NCBI RefSeq assembly: GCF_964213995.1 | Contig: NC_135808.1 | Coordinates: 99,882,001-99,946,000 of the forward strand | Length of the DNA: 64,000 nucleotides | Origin: Mustelus asterias | Taxonomy: Eukaryota | Direction: 5' to 3' | In this document: positions 10,046-20,669 of the stretch, piece after piece | Position numbering within the stretch: the stretch's first letter is position 1 | Layout of the letters: each line of letters starts with the position of its first letter | The notes under the pieces: generated by a model | What the model was told of the DNA's origin: nothing | Seen by the model: only the letters and a program-made list of their open reading frames with translations | The model's database searches: none | Position numbers and translations under genes: made by a program

Positions 10046-13000
10046 ATAGAAACATAGAAAGTTTACAGCACAGAGGGAGACTGCTTGGCCCATGTCTGCG
10101 TTGGCTGGAAATCAAGCCACCCAGCCTAACCCCACGTCATGCAGGTGCATTTAAAGTGCATATCCAGACATTTTTTAAATGAGTTGAGCATTTCTGCCTC
10201 CATTACCCTTTCAGGAAGTGAGTTCCAGACCCCCAGTACTCTCTCCCCTCCAACATTTCTACCAATCATTTAAATCTATGCCCCTTAGTCACTAACCATC
10301 CCGCTAAAGTAAATAGGCCCTTTACGTCCATTTTATCCAGGTCCATCATGAGGCTGGGGCTGAGTGATCAACAAGCAGCTGAATATCATCCAATGTGCTA
10401 CGAGAACACAATTGCTGGGAACAAGTGTTCACTTTGCTGTTCAGTAACATTTATGGAAAACTTGAAACTTTGCAAGTTGGTCAGGGAACCCTTCTACAGG
10501 ATGACCTGTGGCAAATGCTGCACCGAGATAGACAAGGACGGCCTCTTCACATAGGAGGCTGCTCCAGGCAGCTTTAGTAAGCCTATAATGAGCTGGGTTG
10601 GCTATCTGCTGCATGTGGCTAGGTAGCTCCGCTGCCTGCAACCTCCTATTACACTGCTGCAAAATGGCTCCGGGATGGGATGGAGTGAGGGAATTGCATG
10701 CTTATTGGTAGTGCTAATTTTAGCACCTGTCTGCCTCTGCTGCTGGCCTCAGTGGAGGCCAGTACTCAAGCCCAAAAGTACTAAAGCTGTGTGATTAGTT
10801 GTCCTTTGTCGTCAATCACAAAGACCTGCTCTTTACAAACATACTCCAAGTAGAATATTTTGAAATTTACCTCAGATTTTTTTTAAATTTGAGCAACAAC
10901 TGTTAAAACTGACTGACTGGCACGAGTGTACCTGAGAAATTAGGTACACTGCACAATCCAAGTTCAGCCCATAGGATCAAAGTTCTGGACAAAAATATCA
11001 AATACAATTCTGTACCATTGTAAGAGGCAATGCTTGTAAAGTAAAAGTGTGAACTAAAAGTCCAAAGACAATTCTGTTGATACAATGTTTTAAATTTATT
11101 TTGTTTGCATCATTATTTTGGACAGGAACAATTTCAGTTACTGACGAATAAAATGAAGAAAGTTACCAGTTCTGGGAAGTCTGTGAGAACATGATGGTAG
11201 CCAGCTTGGATCATCAGAGTGACAAGTTCCTATTGTAAAAATTCATCATCAATCTGGAAGAGTGAAGAAAGGCAGCGACAAAAAGAAGGATAAAGCAACG
11301 AAGAAATAAAGGATTCATGTACTCCAAATCAAAAGAAAAGCTGATCAAATTCAACTACGCCATGTCACAGTAAGTTTAAAAGATTGGGAGATTTCTTGCT
11401 GCATTATCGGAATACTGTGCCACAAGATTAAGAACGGTGTGGATTTATTCCTGGAATGACAGGATGACAGACACTGATTGAAGCTTGAGCCAAATTTGTG
11501 ACATGTGGCATGCAGCAGATCAGAATGTTGACAGGTCATAAGTGACTACTGTTAAATGTGCAAATCCTGATTAAAATTGGAAATATGCAAGAGGCCAGAA
11601 CTGGAGGATGTCGAACAAAAGCAAATAAGACAGTTAAGAAAAACAATAAATCATGCTTCAATGCCTGAAGTTGACATCAATATCATTGCAAAATAAGCTT
11701 AGAAATCCACTACATAAAGAACCACAAACTTTGCAAACATAAAAGCTGCAGACATCAGAACTACATTTTTTATTCATTCACTGGAGGTGGGTGTTGCTGG
11801 CAAGGCTAGATTTTTGTCCATCCCTAATTGCCCTTGAACTGAATGGCTGGTTAAGCTATTTCAGAGGGCAGTTAGGTATCAACTGCATTGCTGTGGGTAT
11901 GGGGGTCACATGTAGGCCAGACTAGATAAGATGAGGAACCAAAATGAAGATACAGTACAAGACCACGGTATAGGCCAGAGATGCTGCTGGACAAAAACTT
12001 GCAGAGGCAGAACAGCAATAACTTGCATGTATATAGAGTCATTAACATAAGGCAAAATATCCCAAGGCTTCACAGGAGTATTGTCAAATAAAATTAGACA
12101 CGGAGCAGAGATATTAGTATAGGTCACTAAAAGAAGAAACAAAGAGGTAGGTTTTAAGGAGCATCATAAAGGAGAAGAGAAGGGTAGAAGGACTTGGGAG
12201 GTGGGGGTTGGGAATTCAGCCCAAGCAGTTAAAGCAATGGCCACCAAAAGTAATGGTTAAAATAGGGGATAGACAAGTGGTCAGAATTAGAAGAGCAGAG
12301 ATTTCAGAGGATTGTAGGGCTTGGGCTGGTTACAGACACAGGGATTTGAATTGAATATATGAGAAATTATTTAGTTCTTTACACCCCCATATCAAATTAT
12401 ATACCACATCTGCAGTGTGTACTATCTACAGAATGCTGCACAGCAAATTGCTAAGGCTTCTTTGGCAATACATCCCAATTCCACAACTTCCAGGCAAGGT
12501 TTGCAGGTACATGGGATCATCATCACCTTCAAATCACACCTTTCTGGCTTTGGATAAATATTTTCTTGGTTTCATTATCTCCGCGTCAAAACTCTAGAAC
12601 TCCCTACCTTACAGCATTGCGGGAGCAGCTACGTCATACAGTCTGTAGCATTCAAGGCGGCCAACCAACACCTTCCCAGATCAATTAGAGATGGGCAGTA
12701 AATTCTGGCCTTGCCAGTTATGTTCACATCCTGAAAATTAACTAAATATACTCCCAATTCCTGTAAATCATTAAGAAAAATATTGCACTGCTAAAACTAA
12801 AATTTTTATGCAAATTAAATACTGTAAGAATTCATTTTCATTATACAAATAAAAAGTTAGCGATTGATTGATCGCACATTATCAGAACAAAACTACATCA
12901 AACATACTATGGCTGTTGGATCTGACATTATACAACTAGTGCTACTTTCCAAAATATTTGTGCAAAATCTCTAAATAGAAGTGCAAAAATCTTTGCAATG

Positions 13001-13352
13001 ATTATGGACATGCCCTGTCTGGGAGACATGGAATTTTTAAAAATATAAGGCCCTCCTAATTCTGCCACCCGGTTCTGAAAGTGCTAATGTGTTGGATGAC
13101 ATCAACCCTCTTGAGATTTCATCAAAGTAGCTATTGTCCATACGAGCCGAGACAACCAATACTAGCAGGTTATTCAACCATGAAGGGTAGCATAGCTAAG
13201 TTAATGATATTGTCACCCAAAATTCATGTGTACTTTCCAGCAAGTCATTAAATAATAACTAAGAGTAGGAATACTGGCTGATTTCCTCCCTGCCCCACAC
13301 CTAGCCAAGGGGCTGAGGTATTGTTGCATCGGACTTCGAATTAATTATTGCA

Positions 13353-14045
13353 TTAAATTTTCTTTTTGTCAAATAATCTGGACAAAGGTGTTTTCTGAAC
13401 ACATTCTTTGAGGAAACGGATACACTTGGTGGAATACTCATCAGGATATTCTCTAAAATGGTTTACATGTTGTGATGTGTTAAAATCCACAGATTGTACG
13501 TGGATATCTAACTGTTTTCTAATTTTGATCATTGCCTCTACTTCCTTGTAAGAAATTATTTTATCTGCTTTTGAATACAAGTAAAGTTGAGGCCACCTCG
13601 ATGGGTTCACCTTCAAAGCATCATAGCATGACAAGGAGACAAACTGTGTCACTGGATAAAGCACAACCTTAAGAACTGCAATCAAAACAAAAGCAGGAAT
13701 AGCAATGCATTTCACAAAAACATTGGTTGAAGAACCCAAGACAGCAGACAGTGCACGAATACCACCCTGGAGGTTCCTGTTTCCAGGTGCACTATCAAAA
13801 ATGGTTCCTATTACATTTAACTTGGTGAAATAAGTTTCAGTTTTGTTACACTGGAGCTCAACAATGTGGCGGTATAGCATGCATCCACCATTACTGAAAA
13901 CGTGGAACATGATTGGATGGTCTTCTATGCCAATGTCAAACAGAAGATCTAAGAGTTTTCTTGCAGTGTAATGGAGATTTTTGCTGAAGATTCCAGAGAA
14001 AAATATCTGCCGCCATGGAGCAGTGTATCTGAGAACTATACAACC
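13353..14045 (-). CDS. TMEM53: TMEM53 terminal coding exon 3
   Basis: ORF 13353..14054 has GCIVLRYTAPW, FHVFSNGG, GTIFDSAPG, WPQLYLYSKAD and HVNHFREYP (DUF829/TMEM53). tttcag acceptor at 14046-14051. Confidence 0.96.
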   Translation of the reverse strand, partial: GCIVLRYTAPWRQIFFSGIFSKNLHYTARKLLDLLFDIGIEDHPIMFHVFSNGGCMLYRHIVELQCNKTETYFTKLNVIGTIFDSAPGNRNLQGGIRALSAVLGSSTNVFVKCIAIPAFVLIAVLKVVLYPVTQFVSLSCYDALKVNPSRWPQLYLYSKADKIISYKEVEAMIKIRKQLDIHVQSVDFNTSQHVNHFREYPDEYSTKCIRFLKECVQKTPLSRLFDKKKI

Positions 14046-14298
14046 CTGAAACAAGAAAAGTAAATAGTTTTAATACAATATACAAAAGACATTCATCCCT
14101 ATCGCAAAGGAAAAAGAGAGTGGTGAATTTTGCGATGACTGAAGATTTTCAATATCCCCATGATAGAGTGGAAATTAAATTTGCCATTTTGAAAATCTCA
14201 GTGGCTGCAACCAGAGTCATGGCATGAGGGAGTTTAATTTGCTAAACAGCCAACTGTCCTTATTGTGACCCACCACTACTGAGAAATTCAATGCCAAC

Positions 14299-14403
14299 AA
14301 AAACAGAAAATGCTGGAAAATCTCAGCAGATGCTGTCAGACCTGCTGAGATTTTCCAGCATTCTCTGTTTTTGTTTCAGATTCTAGCAGTAATTTGCTTT
14401 TAT
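14299..14403. repeat. Fold-back palindrome of Penelope-like family A repeat
   Basis: aaacagaaaatgctggaaaatctcagcag is inverted against ctgctgagattttccagcattctctgttt. Confidence 0.75.
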
Positions 14404-16807
14404 GTTGCTTTCATTTGAGAAATTTGACGTCTCGTTATAAATGGTCCATCAAATTATCATACTTACTATTATGGGAACAATTCTGCTCATGTTCACCAAG
14501 AATGAAGTATCTTCTAAGAATAATTACTGGCAAATTCTTGGGGGAGAAAGGGACTGAGGGCATGGCCTTACAATTTACTGGGAGAGTGGACAAGAGAGAC
14601 AGACTCTGTACTGCAGACTGCAATATGCATGTCTGGAGTTGGAGGCCAAGATGCAGCAGGTCAGTTTCTACATGAGAATTTGTTTTTCGAAAGAAAGGTA
14701 ATGCTAGAAAAAAACCCAAAAACAAATGAAGGGAATAAAACATGTGGTTTATTACTTTTTCATGAATAGAACTGTGATGAAGGAAGAAATGGTTTATGTA
14801 ATTGACAGCCTGTAAACTCACTTGTTGTTTGCAAAACAAAAAAGCTTAGTTAAACTGCAGCAGGCTGTGCCTCACTATGTTTCTCTGTCTGCTTACTAAA
14901 AGATTGGAAAAATGCTGGCGAAGGCCCAGGTGAAAGACATGCACCAATAACTTTGGAATTTCTGCCCATCTTCCACTAAAGGTATGACACCCAATCAAGA
15001 GGACCCACAAGGAAATTCAAAAAATTGTGTACAGTTTGGATATCAAAGATGTCCTAATTGTTATGCCCCTTGGTAACTATTGTATAATTAGATATTGAGC
15101 AGAGCAGACATAATCCATAAGGCAAGGATGATTGAATCACTTATGAAAGTGGCCGCTATCATTGTCCCTGAAGGAATATCGAAGGTAAACCCCTATTTGG
15201 TAACATTAACCCAATGTTACCAAATTTTGTGTAACATCACTGAAAATGTAATAATATTCAGAAAATATTCATGAATCAGAATAATACAAGACATATAGTG
15301 GAAAGAGTTATCTATAGAGATATACAGATAGAACGTTTTTTTAAAACAAGAACCATATCAGTAGATAATACACATACATAAACAATAGGTTATGCATCAG
15401 GATACACAAATCAACCAGAATTCTTAGAGAGCAAACTAGAGTGCTGAACTTGCATAATTTTATTTGGTCAATGTCTTTATTTAAGCTGGATTCTCAGAGG
15501 TTATTTGATGAAGTTCAGTATGACCACTTTAAGAATAAATAAATAATATGAATGCAGCTTACAGTAAATTAGTCAGGCATGAGTAATCTGTCTATGTCTG
15601 TGTATTGTTGAAAATTTAGATATGGTCTACTTATTATCTAACTAACCAGTAGTGGTGTTACCCGGTAAAATCACCAAGATTTCAGCACAGACCAGACATC
15701 AGAGCCTATGCCAATACTGTAAATTCACAGAATGAGTTAATTAAATCTGTCAGGCTTCCTTTTGTGGAGCTAGTGTTGAACCACTGATGTTTTGCATCTG
15801 TATTCTGATAGCAGGTTAAATAATGTAATATTACGGTAATTTGGTAAAATCCACGTGAAGCAAAGGGGAAAAGTTTTCTACTTATGCCCAAGTCATGACT
15901 TTCTCAATTTTGATCATACCAACATGTAAAGATGCACTTCCACAGATTTCATTCGTGAACACCAAAGGTATTTATTAATAAGAATTTTACAATAGTTTCA
16001 TGGCTGTAGCTAGCTCCAAACATTTCTGTCTAGGAGCCTTTCTCACCATGGGGTGATTCCACACACTGAGTCCCGATTGGTCACCCAAGCCAGATGACAA
16101 TTACTATGCCGTGTTGACCTTAAAGGGACAATCACTACATAACGTGTCTTGAATTTTATCTGTCTGTGCATTTTAGTTACAGCACCATTACTTCTACCTT
16201 CTTAAGAGTCCTTCATAACGAAACATTAACTTTGTTTCTCTCTCCACAGGTACAGCCAGACCGGCTGAGCTTTTCCAGCATTTTGTATTTATTTCAGAAT
16301 TTTAGCCTCTGTAATATTTTGCTTCTATTTATTACTCATATTTCTTTCTTGCCAACCTTCATGCGAATGCAGTAGCTCGGGAGTAACCTCGCCACTGCCT
16401 TCCAATCCCACTCACTAGACCCATAACTATCCCATTGTACTGTCAGCGGAACAACCATTGCCTCTCTGTGTTTGCCAACAAGCTTTGCACATTCCTGGTT
16501 GGAGCCCATCTGGAGTATTGTGAACAGTCTGGGAAATATACACTTAGCTGGAGGGCGTGCAACGTAGATATACAGAATGAAATTTGGATTCCAAGGATCA
16601 AATTATGAGGAGATTACGTAAATTAGGGTAGTATTCCCTAGTTTTGGGGTTATTTGATCAAAGTTTTCAAGTTCTTAAAATGATCAATTAAGGTAGGTAA
16701 ACTATTCCACTGGCACCATTGTTGTGAATCTCCATTAATGGAATACCACTAAAATTCCAGGGAAGGAATAATATTGAAAGTGGCAAAATTCTAATCCTAT
16801 TTTAAGT

Positions 16808-17096
16808 ATGGTGACACATTGGTTAGCACTGCTGTCTCATAGCACCAGGGATCTGGGTTCGATTCCCGACTTGGGTCACTGTCTGTGAGGAGTCTGCACA
16901 TTCTCCCCATGTGTTTCTTCAGGGTGCTCTGGTTTCCTCCCACAGTCCGAAAGACATGCTGGTTAGGTGCATTGGCTATGCTAAATTCTCTTAGTGTACC
17001 CGAAGAGGCGCCGGAGTAGCGACTCAGATTTTCACAGTAACTTCACTGCAGTGTTAATATAAGCCTACTTGTGATGCTAATTAATAAATAAATAAA
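16808..17096 (+). mobile_element. V-SINE type B
   Basis: Head, V-domain and type B tail ending (TAAA)n. Confidence 0.8.
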
Positions 17097-18122
17097 GTAG
17101 CCCAATTGTAATTTAGTGATTGAACCATTCAACCCTCCACCCCCACCCCCCGCCACTGCTAAAACAAGCAACACAAGTTAAAATGCCAGGAATGTGGCAA
17201 GAGAAAATATTTTTATCTGGAATGCACTGCTTGAAAAGTTTATGGAAATAGATTTAATAATAACTTTTGAAAGGGAATTGGATAAGCAATTGAAGAGGAA
17301 AATTTTGCAGGGCTGTAGGGAAACAGTGGTGGAGTGGAACTAATTGGATAGCTCATTCAGAAAGCTGGAACAGGCACAAAGAGTTGAATGTCCTTCTGTA
17401 CTGTACCATTTTATAATTATAAGTACATTCTTACTATAATCTAATTTGCCCTTAGTTATATCAAGTAATTGTAGATCAGCTGCAGAACACAGTTACATAG
17501 AAAGATCTGTGGTGGACATGTCTATTGGTAGAAATGGACAAAAGGTTTCACTGCATGCTTTGCATCTTTAGCACAAGCCAATAGTTGAACAAAAAAACAA
17601 GATGCTGAAAATCTGGAATAAAGCCAAATAGTATTGAAACATTTAGCAAATCAGGCAGGATTGTAGAGAATGAAACATTCAAATTCCTATGAGAAATCAG
17701 GCTGTGTCAAATATATGCCCTTCCCGAACAATTACAACCAACAAACTATTAAAGGCTGTTTAGTTGCTTAATTATTATCCTTTCATTTCTAGTATTCAAG
17801 TTAAGGCATTTGCATCAGAACTGGAAAATGATCAGTGACCCGAAATGTTGCCTTATATTTTAACCCACCACAAATCCTGCTTGATCCGCCAAGTGTTCCT
17901 AGAATGTTTTGTTTTTATGCCAACTGTTCAGTTCATTGTTGGAAAGTAAAATAATCAGCCTCTCTTACCTTTGGATACTGAATATCTTTTATAGCTTTTG
18001 AAATTTACAGACAACTTGAAATGTGTTAATTGGATCATGATAACCACAATTAAATATGGAGCAATATTTTTATATGTTCTAAAATAGATACATGAAAAGA
18101 AGCCATTTTCCTCAACACCAAC

Positions 18123-18214
18123 CTGATTTTTGTAGATATTGCTATATTTTGCTAAATGTTTGTCTTGGGAGCCACTCCAACCCAACAGAATTATCACAGG
18201 GTCTTCTTTAAAGC
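18123..18214 (-). CDS. TMEM53: TMEM53 coding exon 2 ([31 protein letters not shown])
   Basis: Resembles human [23 protein letters not shown]. ttttag acceptor, gttggt donor, 92 nt, phase 1/0. Confidence 0.93.
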
Positions 18215-18266
18215 CTAAAATACATTAAAAAAATTATGCATGTACAGTTGAATGGTACATGCTTGT

Positions 18267-18408
18267 ACACTGTCCCCATCAAACACTCCCAGGATGGATA
18301 CAGCACGGGGTTAGATACAGAGTAAATCTCCCTCTACACAGTCCCCCATCAAACACTTCCAGGACGGGTACAGCACGGGGTTAGATACAGAATTAAGCTC
18401 CCTCTGCA
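18267..18408. repeat. Two tandem copies of a ~70-bp unit
   Basis: ccccatcaaacact.ccagga...tacagcacggggttagatacaga.t.aa.ctccctct occurs twice. Confidence 0.85.
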
Positions 18409-18859
18409 AGAGATCAAAATCTGGATTAAACGCACGGAAGACACTTGGGCATCATACTTCCTGATAGCAGCCTAGTTCGCAGAATTCTTTACAGTTTGAT
18501 TTGATTTATTATTGTCACATATATTAGTGTACAGTGAAAAGTATTGTGCATTAAATAAATGCATTATTCCCAAGGATGTGTGGGTTAGGTTGATTGGCTA
18601 TGCTAAATTACCCCTTAGTGTCAGGGGGACTAGCAAGGTAAATACGTGGAGTTACAGGGATAGGGTCTGGGTGAGATGGTTATCGGTGGAGGCTCCATGG
18701 GCCAAATGGCCTCTTTCTGCAGTCAGGATTATAAAATTATTCAATAAGTAAATAATGTTTTGTTCACATCTTAGAACTGCTGCCTAAACAGGGCCTCAAA
18801 CTATCCCCAGGCTTGAAAGACACCATTTGAAGCGAGCACCTGTAATGCAAAGATAACTG

Positions 18860-19630
18860 ACAAAGAACAAAGAAAATTACAGCACAGCTCTCCAAACCTG
18901 CATTGACCATGCTGCCTGACTGAATTAAAACGCCCTACCCTTCCGGGGACCATATCCCTCTAGTCATGTATTTGTCAAGACACCCTTTAAAAGTCACTAC
19001 CATATCCGCTTCCACTACCTCCCCTAACAACAAGTTCCAGGCACCCACCACCCTGTGTAAAAAATCTGGCTCATACATCTCCTTTAAACCTTGCCCCTCG
19101 CACCTTAAACCTATGTCCCCTAGTAATTGACACTTCTACCCTGGGAAAAAGCTTCTTACCACCCACTCTGGCCATACCTCTCAATCTTGTAGACTTCTAT
19201 CAGGTCACCCCTCAACCTCCATCATTCCAGTGAGAACAAACCAAGTTTCTCCAACCTCGCCTCATAGCTAATACCCTCCATACCGGGCAATATCCTGGTA
19301 AACCTTTTCTGTACCTTCTCCAATGCCTCCAAATCCTTCTGGTAGTGTGTCAACCAGAATTGAACACTATATTCCAAGTGCAACCTAACTAAGGTTCTAT
19401 AAAGCTGCAACTTGACGTGCCAATTTTTAAACTCAATGCCCCGGCCGATGAAGGCAAGCATGCCTTATGCCTTCTTGACTACCTTTTCCACCTGCGTTGC
19501 CACTTTCAGTGACCTGTGTACCTGTACACCCAGATCCCTTTGCCTATCAATACTCTTAAGGGTTCTGTCATTTACTGTATATTTTCTATCTGTATTAGAC
19601 CTTCCAAAATGCATTACCTCACATTTGTCT
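18860..19630 (-). mobile_element. CR1-type LINE 3' fragment
   Basis: ORFs 19222..19461 and 19465..19650 (KCEVMHFG, LEYSVQFW). Confidence 0.88.
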
Positions 19631-19669
19631 GGAGAGGGGGAACACCGCATAATAAATAATTTAAAAAAA

Positions 19670-19855
19670 TAAATTACTGCGGATGCTGGAATCTGAAACC
19701 AAAAGAGAAAATGCTGGAAAATCTCAGCGGGTCCGGCAGCAGCTGTAAGGCGAGAAAAGAGCTGATGCTTCGAGTCCAGGTGAGCCTTCTGTCGAAGCTG
19801 TCAAAGGGTTATCTGGACTCGAAACATCAGCTCCTTTCTCGCCTTACAGCTGCTG
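19670..19855. repeat. Fold-back palindrome of Penelope-like family A repeat in TMEM53 intron 1
   Basis: Arms cagcagctgtaaggcgagaaaagagctgatg.ttcgagtccag and ctggactcgaaacatcagctcctttctcgccttacagctgctg, centred on AGCT 19796-19799. Confidence 0.8.
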
Positions 19856-19887
19856 GGGGGGGGGGGGACACCACAAGCGGCCTTTAC

Positions 19888-19945
19888 CTGACTCGCTGAG
19901 CGGTTCGGGAAACACCACAGTGTATTCCAGCTCCCTGTCGCCCAT
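19888..19945 (-). CDS. TMEM53: TMEM53 coding exon 1 (MGDRELEYTVVFPEPLSES)
   Basis: Strong Kozak aagATGG, resembles human MASAELDYTIEIPD, gtaaag donor, 58 nt. Total CDS 843 nt = 280 aa + stop. Confidence 0.9.
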
Positions 19946-20240
19946 CTTCCACTCGCCGCCTTGACTCGCCCCTTAACGGCCGGAAGCGGCCAATCCGGAA
20001 ACGCCGCCCGCGAGGCCTCCGTTTCCGTAGCAACGGAGCCAAACAGGACGTCCCACTCGACCCCGCCCCCTTTCCCTGTCCGCTGGGTTTTGATTGGTCG
20101 GTTCAGGGCAGCGTGTCCCTATTCTCACGCAGCCATTGGCTGTGGCCAATGTCAATCATCTCGCGGTTTCGCTTGGTCTCGGCACGTGCGACGTTGCGCT
20201 TCTCTTCAACATGGAAACGTCACTGGTTCGGTAAAATACA
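19946..20240. promoter_or_regulatory. Bidirectional CpG-island promoter shared by TMEM53 and ARMH1
   Basis: High CpG density; ETS CCGGAAG (~19980); CCAAT/ATTGG boxes (~19990, 20093, 20135, 20146); X-box GTTTCCGTAGCAAC (20021-20034); GC box CCCCGCCCC (~20061); E-box CACGTG (~20183). Confidence 0.8.
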
Positions 20241-20334
20241 ACCTTTATTTATTTTTCAAAAAGAAAACCTGAATCAGCCAAACGTGTCGAAACGGCATGA
20301 GAACTTTCGGGCCATCGTGTACCGAGCCAGCCGA

Positions 20335-20460
20335 TTAAAACCTTGTCCTTTTTGTCTTCAGCTCTGAAGAAGGGTCATTCAGATTTGAAATGTCATCTCT
20401 CTTCTCTCACAGATGCTGTCAGACCTGCTGAGATGTTCCAGCATTTTATGTTTTTTTGTA
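20335..20460 (+). mobile_element. Penelope-like family A repeat with hammerhead-like core
   Basis: AGCT-CTGAAGA-A-GGGTC-ATTCA-GATTT-GAAAT-GTC followed by the family A tail. Confidence 0.7.
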
Positions 20461-20669
20461 GCCGATGAAGCTATCCAGCTTCATCCCACTTTCCAGCTGC
20501 ACGTCCAAGTGTTTATAAAATGCACTGCGGGTTTTTGCCACTACCTGCCTGTGGGCAGTGAATTTGAGAGGCAAAAAATAAAGCGATCGACTCAGACCAG
20601 GAGATGGTGCGAGCTGATTGTTTATTGATTTTTCAATTGATAAAATTACAGCACCAAAGAATAGTCTCA

